Part shown: in pieces, positions 51,301 to 64,000 of the stretch
How the letters are laid out: each line of letters starts with the position of its first letter
Numbering within the stretch: the first letter of the stretch is position 1
NCBI GenBank assembly: GCA_976226885.1
Contig: OZ320316.1
Location: 51,336,001-51,400,000 of the forward strand
Length of the DNA stretch: 64,000 nt
Source: Iphione sp. A-MEVVRFRX5
Taxonomy: Eukaryota
Direction of reading: 5' to 3'
Notes under the pieces: generated by a model
What the model was told of the DNA's origin: nothing
What the model saw: only the letters and a program-made list of their open reading frames with translations
Databases searched by the model: none
Program-made: the position numbers and the translations under genes

Positions 51301-54300
51301 GGTTGCGGTGAGTACGTTGATTGTGGAGGTGTTGTGGCAGCCGGAGAGATTGATATGACACTTCGACGTTCATCCTTTTACGCCACTCTCCCAACATCCC
51401 CCTCTTACTCTCATCTTTGCCCGGCCGAAGGTGGAATGCCTGGCTCCCCCTGGCACCCAATCATGTGACAATGCGCACAGCGTGATGACAATCCACTGCT
51501 AATAACTGCACATTATCGAGCGATGATGACGGTTGATGCATACACCCTCCCAACCCATCACTTCGTGCACAGAGCCATGGTGCTTATTCCATGTAACGCA
51601 TACTGTGATTAATTTGGCCGGTCAATCTTGGGGGAATCATGCTCATTGTGACTAGTGATTTCGGGTAGATGGATTCTCCGTTTCATATAGATTACTTTGC
51701 TTTAATTCTTATTTTATTCTTTCTGCAAATTACATTGCTAATGCTTCGGCTAATGATGGGATTTATTTGCAAGTATGCGCACGTAGTATATAACTCGTGG
51801 TCCCGAGTCGGTCAAATCTGCCTAAACAAGATTGTTAGAGTAGTGAAATATACGTGAAACATTCCACATAAACCACGTGTTACCTTTTAAATACAGTTAG
51901 ACCTGGCTATTTCAAAGACCTGGAGCTTCAAATTCCTCAATGCCTAAGGTATATGAGGTAACAATAGCCTTAATCTTTACATTAAATAAGGATTAAATAC
52001 ATCCGATTTTTTAGTCTTTCAGACAAAATTCTGGCAGCCGTAGAGATTCGAAGTAGTGAGGTCTGGCACGGAACAGAATAGACGGCGCTTTCATTCAGTC
52101 TGATCGGTTTCCAACATGCCTGGAAATTTAGCAAAGCTAATTTGCTATTATACATGGTCGGATGCAGAATTATTTCAGATAAGGAGTAGACGTATAGCAA
52201 GTGTTGACTGCAAAACACATTGTATTTCGTCTGCAAAGCATATACATGTACATCTACATGTATTCAATATCATTCAGAGCAAAGGCAACTTGCTGTTAGG
52301 AGTGCAAAATCAGTCCACACCGGGAAAACGTTCCACCTCTTCAATGATGACGATGGAAATTACTCCCGCTGTCCTATATGATATCAGAGATAATTTCCTC
52401 TGGAAAAACTCTCTAACGTTTGCATAGGTTCTGCCTGAGCACGGCTTTGTTTCTTCGACGTGCACTGCCTTCCTCGGCGCTACAGGATCAGGTTGCAATT
52501 ATGATGAATCCTCTCCAACACTGTTTTATACAGTACATACAAGCCGAATGGAAGTGCTCTGATGGCAGCATGGTGGCTGAGAGGACAGACAGAACGGGAG
52601 AAATGGGCACAGCAAAAAAACTTAAAAGCGGTATCATCCACCCATTTTTGCCTCTCTTCTTTTTTTAAGGAAAAAGACATAAGCAATCGATAACGGGAGA
52701 TGGAACTTTGCAACCGTGTCGGGTGGCGAAATGCAGATACAGATCGTTTGCATTTTAGCAATTACTTTTTTTTTGCTTAAGGCTCATAAAACATGGTTTA
52801 TGGAAAATCAGTATCGGAAAGTAGTCTATTTGATAAAAGCGTAGACCTACATTTGTCCTCTCTAGTTGAAAGTACCCTGGTTGGCAATGAGAATGAAATA
52901 GGAGGCCATGAATATTTAAGGATACTTAAGAAGGACAAATGTCCACTTTTTATGCGTTTTTGCCTTTGGTATTTATATGACTCCTTTTTACATACGTGCT
53001 CCGTCTTTCACGGAATAGTTTATGACACACTACTACACGTGAACGATCATCCAAGGCAAGCAGAGAATCTTCCCAAGCACTTTGCACAGCAAACAATGCC
53101 TGCCTCTTAGTAGTATCTCTATCCTCCTCATCCCATGTCTTGGGGTTCGTTGGGCAAAGAAACGCATCATTAAGGGTGTTTTCCTTATCTGTGTTGGTGT
53201 CCATGCGCTTTTGATCCATTTTGTGTCCGTTTAGGCCATTTTTATTGAACTACACTCTTTCAGTGAGGGGTGCCAAATGCGTCCATGTGCGTTGGTATCC
53301 GTTGGTATTTATTTGGTATCCTTTGATATCCGTTGCTCATTAATGGTCCCTGACCAATAATTTCACACACATGGACCCAAAACGCACAGCATTACACAGC
53401 AGAATTATACAGCAGATGGCCTTTGAATCATGAGAAAATCTATGATAGATGTATAAAAAAGACTACCACACATTTCCACACAAATCTGCAGTTTTTCCAC
53501 ACTTTCGGCCTGAAATCTGCTGTTTTTCCGCACTTTCTCCCTGAAATTTGCCATTTTTCCACACTTTTTCCATGGAATTTGCCACAGTTTTGATGAAATA
53601 GCGATTTTTGCGCACTTTCCCCATGAAATTAACTGTTTTTTCATGCAGCCTCACGCAGCCTTAAAGCAGCCTCAATAGGCACCCCCATCCGTAAGGTTGG
53701 GTTAAGGCGGTCTTTCCATGTACACGTAGTTTACACACACAGAACCGGGGCCGTAAGTGCGTGATAATCAATCTCACTGTATTTCAATATACCATACCCA
53801 TGTGTGCGTATTTCATGCACCCGGACCACGGTGCATGAAGCCTAATCCAGCAATGTCGGATCTTCATGGAAACGGATCCGTGTGCATGGTGCTGCGGATC
53901 TTTCGGATATATGGAAAGACCGCCTAAGGGAAAATGCATGTAAAACTCATACCAACGCATACAGATAGCAAACGCAGGTGAATGCAGCTCAACGCATGTA
54001 AGAGACACAGCCTTATTCGAAACTACATTTGTACTATACTACATTTGTGTATGTGTTTCCCATTCAAACTTGTCTCAGGTATTGATAAGAGGATGTTGTC
54101 GAGATCAACTTTTGCACACACTAGCCAGATGGTATTAATGTGATCTTTCGTTTTGCAGCTATCGCGGAGTACTGTCAACTTGAATCGTTCAAAGCCAAAT
54201 GCGACTCAGATGAGGTGATTATCATCACCAGTGCAAGGTATGGGCGGATGCGGCTGGGCAGATGTGTCAAATCTGACTACGGCTCACTGAGCTGTGGGGC

Positions 54301-57300
54301 CGACGTCCTCGCCGAGGTCGACCGAAAATGCTCTGGGCGACGCGAGTGCAAATTTCCAGTTGCCGACCTGCATGGTCGGCAGCAGTGTCCTGAGGATCTC
54401 ACTCCCTTCCTGGAGGCCAGCTATACCTGTATGAAAGGTACGTGGGTCAATAATGATGTTCCATGGCTAATGTTTCCCTTTCACTTTAGTGTGTACTATG
54501 AATGATAAAATCGTTCTCATATACATGGGAATGGCTGATAGTATTCCCAGTTACTTGTCATTAAAGACTGTTTTCTCTAGTTTGTTGCAATGTATGCATT
54601 GCATATTTTTTTTATCCACAGGCGATACTCGGTGGAGATGTTTCGACACCTGCCTCGCACTGATGCATCTGTATTCACGTTGCATTTGTTTTTCAATTTT
54701 CGGTCCATGCTGATAATATTTAAGAAAATGCATGCAAATGCACAAATGGGATAATTATAGCATGTTGTTAGGAGAAGGCAAAAATCTGTGTGATCATATA
54801 TTATATCAAGAAAAAAGGTGCCTTTTTTGCATATGTCCACACATTTCTTCATGATTTCATCAAATTGCACTGCTTTTAAGACCATTACTCATCAAATTTG
54901 CAACTTTTATGACGTTTTTATCAACTCATCACTGTTAGAATATTTTAGATGTTTTTTCATCATATTCGCCCCTATCAGATGTTTACTAGTATCATTGCTT
55001 CATCTAACGAATGTTGACGCACATTCTTACGTTTTAGAATGGACTCAAATGCAAAAACAAATAAATCCCTCTGGGAAAGGTTATTAATCAGAATATTACT
55101 ATGCAACACAAATGCAAAGTAAACACAATGACACAAGTATGCAAACCGGCCCTGTCCGTTAGGTTTCGGTAAACCAAATTCAAACATACATACACACTAA
55201 CATAATCAATTATCCATGTGCAATGCATATGTTTGTTTCTACCATTTATATCTCGACATTAAATGTCAATACCATTTTATATCATGACGATATATAGCAC
55301 GCATGCTCTGCGAAACAATTAGTGCCTATTGATACGTAGTAGAATGTGTTTAGAGCTATGACCACCAGGTGGTCTCCCGCAGGTCTGCCTTTCGCCTCGT
55401 CTGAGTGTGAACATCGATTCATATACGGGTATTTCCCCACTGTGGATATACCTTTCCTTAATAAAGGAAACCACGTGGAAGCATGTGTCGGCAGTTGACG
55501 CACATCCAGACCCAGTCCTTTATTTATACTATTATTGGTCTGCGACCAAACCCTGCATGAATTAAAAATGAGACCTGCCAATGATCATTGATGGGTATTT
55601 ATATATTGAATACAAGTGCATAATATACCAGCAGACAATCGTTAACAAATATATACGTATACACGCAGATTAAATCCCCATTACATATTAATGTGAAAGT
55701 TATCGTTCTGTACTTAACAGCCTCGAGATCTGACGTGTGTGCAATAAATATATATGAATAGAAACTTGTATATCTAAAGTTTGATATTCATTCCCCCTTT
55801 GCTAAATGTTGATCATCCTGTAGGGATTCCATAAAGATGAATTTAATGATCCCTGTCATGAATTTCCAGCAGAACACGTCGACAATGCAACAAAATAAAT
55901 AGAATGGTGCCCTTATGAAGGCAAATTCCTCCTTGGTATAAGGGATCCTTACATTAACATGGCAGCACGTGAGCCATATATTGCTGAGCCGCGGTTCCGA
56001 CCGGAGAACCGCTGCTAACAAACCAGCAACAAACCCCCTGGCAAGGAAAGGAGCAAATTGAATAGCCTGATATGTTGGTTCCGGCGCCGCTATGCCGCCA
56101 TCCGTCTCAATCGGTCAGGCAGACGTTACACGCATCCGTATGTTGGGGGTTAGGTGGAGGAACAATGTAGGAGGGGTTCCTCTTGGTGAATCATGACTGT
56201 TTGCAAGTTGTTTATTTGAGAGGGAAACGAATGTAATATGTATCGGATGAGGATTGTTGATGCGGTAAAGAGGCTACACGACGAGAGAAACATTTCCTAA
56301 GGTAGAGAGCCATTTATCAAGTCATACGGTATTACGGCTTTGGAAAGGCGGCTACAGCAAAGGAAATATGTATAGGGAGTAGTCTGTTAAAAGATCAAAG
56401 GAGATTGAATGCATTCTCCATATCAACGTTTGGATGCTTTATCTTTGTTCTTGCGGCCATCTTAAATCGCCGTGGGGTTGCGTGTGCAAATGTGCGACTG
56501 CATGTACATAGTGTACATGTAACAGTGCTTGAGATTAGAAAATAATTCATAAACTTGCATACAGATACAGTATTACTCAGCGAGCTACTATAATAAACCT
56601 GCCAAACATCCCTAGAGTATTGCAAGTTGCCAAGTGTAGCGACGGTACAGAATCAACCTCGGCAATAATATATGTAGACAATACACGAAACAACACAAGA
56701 GGTGTTCCTTAATTCAGTCGGAAAGCGTGAAAGCTGTGTAAGCATCTTACATCTTATACACTTGGACGCATTCTTTGAGGATTGTGTCAGATAATATATG
56801 CTCATAAGCGTGTCTTGTCCTCCGTTGTTGCTGTGAGTGTAACTAATTGTGATTGAGGAAGACGTGGAGTGAAATTTCTATCGTGACAAGGCGCGAGGGA
56901 AAAACACCAAGAACGCCTCAGAAGAATGAAAGCAGACAATATCTAATCACTGTCAGGGAAATTTGTGGCAACCGTCGGCCGATAAAAAGGACAGAGCAGC
57001 TAAAGAGACTACGTAATAGCATTTCAAAAGTGACACAGTATCCAAAGTAAATACAACCCCCATCGATTCGGAAGCAGCTTCCTCGTCCGAATAAAATGCA
57101 TTCATTATATTTCACTGAAACCGCCCGACTTGAATTTACATTTTCAAGAATGGAACGACAAGGCAATCGATCGGCAGACTGTTTGAAGTGGCTGCGGCCT
57201 ACAACCATACCCACGCGCCTACTTCATGGACACCCCCTACTCCCCTAACCCCCAAACGCCTCAGCGAAATCTTTTTTTCCAGTGAGAATCGGCTGATGAG

Positions 57301-60300
57301 TAATGAGACCGCAAATGGGTCGCTTTAGAAGTGGACGGCATGGGACAGGAGACAAAAGCCTTATGGGATATGGGGCTCATCAACGATGGTGCGCGCGCAT
57401 ATCTCTGTGTGATGTTTATTACATGCCTTGGCTGGCAGAGACAGAGAGACATAGACAGAAGACATACTGTACTATGAACACTCAACTCTTCTTTTGTGTC
57501 TGTCTCTTTCATTCATTTACTTTAGATTTTTTCTCAAACTGAACTCAAGCTCTTTCCTTGTCTTAAGAGCTCTTTTCTGTCCTTCATTGACTCTCTACCT
57601 CCAATTGTTTCTGTACTCTCATTCCCTGGATACTCAGGTTCAATCGATTCATTTACTATTCATCTTGTCTCCGTCTCCACATTCCTCACACGCAATTTCA
57701 AAAACTGGCCAATGTAACATTACCAACTAAACTATATGTTGCAAAAAATATCGATTACTGAGCTATATACATGTACTTGTATTCATGCTGTGGTACTGTC
57801 ATCCAAAAGCACCAATTTTGTTCCTACAAATTAATTTCAACCCTAACTAAACCGAGCTGTGCTCTAGATCAGCCCGACACCTCACTACTTCAACATGACT
57901 GAACTGACGCCGCCCTTCTCGATTAGCCACCCGGATGTAGCGCCCGACGCCTCGAGCCCAGCGCCCGACTCTCCAGTTCGTCGTCCGGCTTCCGGTCATA
58001 GCTTGGCAGCTTTCTATGTGCACGGCTGGCCACAGTGGTCCCAAGTAATACGATATCATTGATCCTCGAGTGGCGCTAATGAATATTGCACCGCGCGCCG
58101 CTCGCCATAGCCATTTGATACCGATGCCCGGACACTCCCACACTACAGTGCGATATTGCCCATCCTATGTTGGCCAATATCGACCTCTCGATCCCTAGCC
58201 CGCTTTCATTGGTCTCGGCAGACTTTGCTTACCGCCGCTGGACGCTACAGTTCCGCTGCCCACCTGCTTCGATTATACTAACTACGCTTAGGGGCCTCCG
58301 CTCTCCCTCCTTCAATTTCTTCTTTTAACTGTCCACGCCAACCTCCTTTTGCTCCTCTGTCCGCATACGTGATTTTATGGCGATGTGAGCATGCATGCTT
58401 AAAATAAGCCCTATAAAACACGCCCTCTTTCGAAAATCCTAAATCGTGAAGTCCTATATGAAACAGTGCACGGTTTATCGCCGATAGCTGGTTCTACATT
58501 AAAAGTCAACGCCTCTCTCACCGCCATCAATTACTCGCCCGTGCTGTTTTACGGGGCCCGTCGGCCACTCTTATTGATCGTGCAAACATTTTGATTGCAT
58601 TACCTGAATTTCTAGCTTGCAGGTAAGAGGCTTTCTTGTTTGTCCTAATCTGACTGTATTTAGGAGGCGTGCTGTGTCATCGACGTCGGCAAATTAGGCC
58701 TTGTTGGATCCTTTCACGTCCACTTTTAGAGTGTGCGCAAACACTATTTCCATCCCTTGCGTTTTGGCCATGCTTGGTGAGAAGGAGATGCCTTTACGCG
58801 AGCAGGATTTGCCTTGGCTCAAAACCGACACTGATTTGCATGCCACAAAAGGATGAAGCGACATCCGTTTTCTTTCCTTCCCCCTGCATGACTAGATTTC
58901 TAACAATGTTCCTGAAGGGCGCATAACTAATGTGAGTGATGATCGTACAGCTGTGTTTGTCGACCAAATTACCTATGCGAAGTAAGGGAACTAAGGCACG
59001 GATATGGATATCGCCAACGTGGCCGACACACCAATCTGCTGTAGGGCTTCATGCTTGGTCATAGGCCGAGCTATTCTCCGACTGTTATTAAAACCGGTGC
59101 TTCAATTCGAATTATCCCCTTGAGGTAAAAACAGGCACCAATATTGAAACCCTTCCCCTTTGAAGTCCAATGCTTCTTCAAGTATGGGCAAAACGTTCTG
59201 GGAGGGATGGGGTCTTCTTCACTGGGAGAGCACCAAAGGGGAGGGATGGCCTTGCCGGCTCACTTATTCCGTTTAGTCCGGCCGGCGGGTGCAGACGCGA
59301 GCATCCCCGAGAGTCACTATAGGCGTGACACTGACGTGCCAGTGGGCCACCGTAGCGCCGGCGCACGCAGACGAGAGTTGTTTTGCTTTGCTTAATATTT
59401 GATCCGAGAGAATTCCCCGCCAGCCGGCAAAGCCTCCGGGCTGGAATCTGTAAGTCGTCTCTGTCACCTTGCCGAGCCTCAGAATATTCTATTTCCTTGG
59501 CTGCGTTTGCGATGGCCTCAGACGAGCAAATACCCGAGCAGCTCTCTTCAGATGCTTCAAGGCATGTGGCTTCTGGTAGCGCCTTGTACATATGGTCCCA
59601 TAGATGTTGACAACCCAATCGCCCCGGCCTGCCCCCGTTCACTATTCACTCCGTGCAGCACGCAATGTTTGTGCGGAACCGTGACCACCGCCATCCCAGC
59701 CGAGCGCCGACCAGCCACCGGTCCTCCGGCAGCCTTCCTGTAGGCCTACTGTTTGACCGATGGCTTTCACCGGGGCGCCAAGCTAACACAACTGCCACCT
59801 CAACTAGCGACACCTTCAAGTGTGATCATTTGGACCACCATCAGTACAGGCCGCTAATGCTGTACAGCTGTGACATGGCTTTCTGTCACCTCTTTCGGCC
59901 CTCATTTTCTTCCAATTTGCATCGATTTAGCAAATGCGGTCACAGGCTACAGAGTAGACTGTTAATTCCTTTGCGCTGTTTATGGTCGCTCAAGGGGCAC
60001 CTTGTGGTTGACGGCAGGCGCCGAGTGCCAGGCAAGAGAATTACAATCCAGTTGAAAACGAATTGGCTTTCGCTATAAAAAAATTTGTGGCCAGTGTGCA
60101 CACGACTCGGATGGTGAACCAAACGAGGCGGCTCACGTTGGGGCTGAGTAAATTGAATCCTGTAGTGTCAATTATCTCTATAGCTCAGGAGACGATTTCC
60201 CACTAACCCACACGACTCACCGAATACGAAGCCTCTTTATTTATAGGCACGTGAACTCATTAAGCGTAGCAGTGCTCATAGTGTATCAAACGTATCACGC

Positions 60301-62190
60301 AATTATGGGGCCGAAGTTACAGCTGATAGCTCCTATTTTCTCTTAGTCTGGAACCCAGCCACAGCAACACAGTCGTATTACAATCTTTTGTGGTATACTA
60401 TGTGAAGGGAGTCTGAAGCTCTAAACGAATTTAGAATGACAAGTGGATAACTTATATGCCTATTTAGAATGGGGGAAAAAGAGTTTTATGCTCTTCCTTG
60501 GTTGAATGTATCGCGAAATAAATTATACTTAGGAGGGTGTTTGGTCAAGTGCTTCGATGCTACTCTTAATCTGCATTGCCGTAAGCAGATCTGCAATCCG
60601 TCAAGCCGTGCAGCAGCAGCAGTAGTAGCTCAGGAGAAACAGGAGCAATACCAGGAGGCGGGCCAACTGCAGGATAAAGAAGGGCAAGCCCCCCTCCCGC
60701 GAGCAAGGAAACCTAACGGTAAACGAGGCCATCTGTCCTCTGTCGCCTTGGATCCACCCCTCCCCCCTTCCCAACCCCCAGCCCCCCAGCTACCACTTCC
60801 TCCACGACCAGCACCCGTCCCTCACTGCTATAGCAATGCAAACATTGATCCAGCCGACGAAAGAAAACATCAAAGCATCGCGGGAATTTTAAGTAGCCTT
60901 TTCTTCAAAGCTAACCGATATCTGTTTCGATTCCGAGATTACCCGTCAATTAGCGGGCTGCAGCGTCAGGCATGTGGCTCCAGAGAATTGATTGCTTTTA
61001 GTCCATATTGATGTCTGTCTTTCTAATAAAGGCCTGGTAAGGATCCCCTTAACCGATTCAGGTTTTATTTCTGTGCACCATTCTGTAGGGATTATGTCGT
61101 GATCCTAAAATGGTTGCTGAAATTGAATAGGCGACCACTAACACGAGTAGTCCAATCAGATTTAGACCTGATTCCAGAAAGTCTGCCTGGCGCGTATCAT
61201 TGTCGTCTCCTCATTTTACCAGGAGAGATTGATATTCCCTGCTGATCCAATGCAGTGCAGACAACAAAGAATTCTTTTTATGAAGGACTTTTTTGCTTCA
61301 TCCTTTCATTCGTCTTTTTTGCATCTAATTTTAAAGGGACAGACCATATAGTCTACAGGTGACTCACATTGCCATTTTATATACGTGTCTACGTATGTTT
61401 TAGTAGGTCGTATTCGAAGCAGCTGCTGTGTTGAATTGATTTTGTTGAGCCATACTTGCGTCAGAGAATGTGATTTTCCTGGGGAATTATCATGGAAGTT
61501 ATATGATGAAAAGGCCTGTCTGCATACAATATCAGATGTGAAGATACGTACATATCTTCATCGTCAGAAGCAAATGTAACCTTGTATATAACCATGCTCT
61601 TGTCTCCTTTTCAGCTGTCCCCATTGAACGATATGCCATCAAATAAACCGTATCAAACGAGAGAGCTGTCATGGAGTTAGTACCATTAATTGGTCAACTA
61701 ATGAAGCTTGTCACGCTATAATATTTCGCTTCAATTTCTTCTTCAGTGACAGTGCCAACAGATCAGACGTGCTTGCCTGGCCAAGGTATCGTACTAACTG
61801 GGCCGTCAGGCATCATTGCTAGCCGTTTGTCGGAGAATTCGGACCTCGGCTCCGAAATGTGTCCATGGTCGATACGTGTGCCGCCAGGACAGAGTATCAA
61901 CTTGACGCTCATCAACTTTGCGCGCGCGCCGAACCCGACCGATACCAACGCCGACGATGAAGAAGGAGCTGCCAACGGCGCCGGAAGCTTCGGTGAAGAT
62001 TTCCTGGCTGCCGGTCCGCGCATCTGCTACCAGTTCGCACAGATTCTGGAGAGCGGCGCACGCCGAACCATCACCGAATGTGAGGGAGGCCCCCGTGAGT
62101 TGAAAGCCTACACTTCGTCGACGCATCGCATGGATATCGTAATTCTCAGCCGCAAGTCGACGGACACTTACTTCTTACTGAAGTATGAAG
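45235..62190 (+). CDS. Gene 2 (3'-partial): paralogous SUEL / CUB-like receptor; join(45235-45361,54159-54437,61747-62190), remaining exons beyond the window
   Basis: Three phase-1-compatible exons: signal peptide, SUEL, CUB-like, in the same order and phases as gene 1. I found no sushi or TM exon before 64000. Confidence 0.88.
53471..53642. repeat. 31-bp minisatellite (gc..tttttcc.cacttt..c.tg.aa(a)t..)
   Basis: Full units at 53488, 53519, 53550 and 53601, with one truncated unit at 53581. Confidence 0.8.
53706..53924. mobile_element. PIF/Harbinger (Tourist-like) MITE, 219 bp
   Basis: Perfect 14-bp TIR GGCGGTCTTTCCAT / ATGGAAAGACCGCC (16/17 extended), with TAA target-site duplication at 53703-53705 and 53925-53927. 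Confidence 0.8.
54159..54437 (+). CDS. Gene 2 SUEL-type lectin exon (279 nt, phase 1-1)
   Basis: Acceptor ctttcgttttgcag|CT, donor AAA G|gtacgt. IAEYCQLESFKAKC...SARYGRMRLGRC...CSGRREC...CPEDLTPFLEASYTCMK; 8 Cys; about 42 of 95 positions identical to the gene 1 SUEL exon by hand alignment. Confidence 0.93.
57480..57690 (+). repeat. Pyrimidine-rich (CT) low-complexity tract
   Basis: ctcttcttttgtgtctgtctctttcattc...ctctacctcc composition bias. Confidence 0.5.
61747..62190 (+). CDS. Gene 2 CUB-like exon (444 nt, phase 1-1)
   Basis: Acceptor caatttcttcttcag|TG, donor GAA G|gtgggt. GIIAS...CPWSIRVPPGQSINLTLINFAR...CYQF...AYTS...FLLKYE aligns with the gene 1 CUB exon. Confidence 0.9.
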
Positions 62191-64000
62191 GTGGGTGTCA
62201 TACTTACCATTATAGATTCGGTCATAGCCAAAATATAAAAATATACATTCACTCCCTGCTTTCCGAATACTCAATATGTGAGTTTTCTTCCTATCCGCAC
62301 ACATTTTCACGGAGGCATTAGGCTTAACTTCACTTATTACAATATTTCATAACCGAGTAGACCTCATGGGCATACTCAATTCACAAACAGGTCTTGTTTG
62401 GTAAGCACAGGATGACTGTTTATGCAACAAATCCTTAAACCTTCTCTTTGTGTGCACATGCATATGCACGTGAAGCGGACTAACGTATAGGTGAGGGACA
62501 CTTCACATCTACCGGAGTGTATATTGTCACTTGTGTACACTTCAGTTTTATTTTATTGCCTCTTCCATGTACACGAAGTGAATGAATATCCCATCCCTCG
62601 AAATGTGTGCACGTGTACAGCGCTGTCTTCTCCAAAATACGGGTATATCTCTATTAACGAATCCTCTGGAATTGAAGCCTCTTTAAACGGAATTAGGATA
62701 ATTTCACTGATTTTGTGACCTGAAGCCATTATTGGCAAACCTCTCTTTTTTAATTGACACAAAATGGTGGATCAACAAAGGCTTATATTTAAATAAGGAC
62801 AATGTACCTTGAAAATTACTCCTGGAATGGACTGCTTACAATAACGCAGTTTCCCAGTATGAAGTGGCTTTACAGAACCTACCTACTTCCTTAACAGCGG
62901 TATACCTGTATGTATTTAACCCTACAACACACTAAGCAAACAGCCAAGAGACGGAGGAGGGCATGGCGGACAAGAGACAGTAAAAGGGGAAGCAAAGCTT
63001 TTCAGTGGATTCTGGCAGGAATACACAGCCGTACTTCTCTTCTTTGTTGTCTACTATCTCTCCCTCTCTCTGTCATGCCCTCTCATAAAAAGCGCGTGTA
63101 ATCTTTATCAAGTTCACGACCGCGTATGGAGAAAACCTGTGCATAGACTTTCATTAATAGCGTGCAATGCAGTTTTCTGAATGTACCATGTTCCCGTGCA
63201 TTATTACTATATCCAGTACTGTGCAGACGTATAACAAAGACACTCATGTCAGGACATTCTCATAAAACACGCCTTTCACTTTGATAAAGGGATAATCCGT
63301 AGCTCATTATAACTTGAACAAGAGAGTAACCTTTGATCTAAGACGTCAAAGATAAAGCCGTGAAGGGTTTTTGGCACGTCTTTTCATTTTGCTAATACTG
63401 TACATGTATGTCTAATGGTATGTGTGAAATTGGCTACATTTGCAAAAGGCTATGTGATTAAGTCTATAAGCATAATTGTGTAAAAGGCGTCTATTAGTCA
63501 AATTTACTTCTCAATATACAGTTCATGTATATGTACGTCATCATGCGGGTTAAGGTAAATGTTTAAAATATCCATCGTGAAGTCAATATGAAATGATATT
63601 CATACATAAATATCAAATAAGATCAAGTACCCTCCATAAATGTATTTAATTATATATACAATGCGGGGAATATCCGTAGACGTTATGGGACTTTCCACAT
63701 GTAACGTGACGTATATGGTTATGCTCCTATAATTGTGTACGAGTATTCCATAATGTTGAAATGAGCCAGTCAAACCTGGCTCACATGACAAGCATAATTA
63801 GAATTTGCTGTTTAATAATCTGACCAATTTTTCCATCAGGCATGTATTTTGAGCCTATAAATATCGCCGGTTTATTGCACCGCTTATGTCGCGCGGAAGC
63901 AAATCGTTCGAGACACTCATTAGAATTTCTTAACTGTTGCCAATCGCAGGTAACATAGTCTGCTGATGGAAATTGATAGGAATGAAACAACATATGAGTC

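Noticed and set aside
52501-52562. Box C (ATGATGA) and box D (CTGA) pair suggesting an intronic snoRNA
   Set aside because: The terminal stem is weak, no C'/D' boxes are evident and no rRNA guide complementarity could be verified.
60469-61011. 180-aa Gln/Pro-rich ORF inside gene 2 intron 2
   Set aside because: Explained by CAG-like and C-rich low-complexity DNA; no fitting splice sites or domain.
61616-61650. Strong acceptor tctccttttcag| 131 nt upstream of the gene 2 CUB exon
   Set aside because: The phase-1 reading hits TAA after 10 codons, so it is a decoy or non-productive site.
1-64000. The remaining 60-170-aa ORFs in the six-frame track; CRISPR, rRNA or tRNA genes
   Set aside because: The ORFs show no recognisable domains or splice-consistent structure; no regular repeat-spacer array or structural RNA signature was seen.

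Overview
Intron-rich animal genomic DNA; no prokaryotic genes, rRNA/tRNA genes or CRISPR arrays were recognised. The window holds two tandem, same-strand (+) paralogues of a single-pass receptor family: SUEL (galactose/rhamnose-binding-type) lectin domain, CUB-like domain, sushi/CCP-like module, juxtamembrane micro-exon, TM helix and Tyr-motif cytoplasmic tail. An annelid-like lophotrochozoan origin is my inference from this architecture. Gene 1 was rebuilt by hand from six phase-compatible GT-AG exons (9617-28517); its signal-peptide exon was not found. Gene 2 has a signal-peptide exon (45235-45361), a SUEL exon (54159-54437) and a CUB exon (61747-62190) and continues past the window end. The most striking signal is that the TGA ending gene 1 (28515-28517) is followed directly, in frame, by 199 open codons. 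These encode an ITIM-like (LLYENV) and an ITSM-like (TIYANV) motif, two more Tyr motifs and a terminal class I PDZ ligand (-SDV). This is a hidden second signalling tail, reachable by stop-codon readthrough or by a phase-compatible acceptor at 28633/28634; a nonsense allele or assembly error is the third possibility. The remainder is intronic or intergenic: two MITEs, two 31-bp minisatellites, a decayed SGNH-hydrolase-like ORF, (TCTTA)n tails, a nuclear-receptor half-site array and a strong excess of TACATGTA. All exon joins and counts were made by eye and need transcript confirmation.
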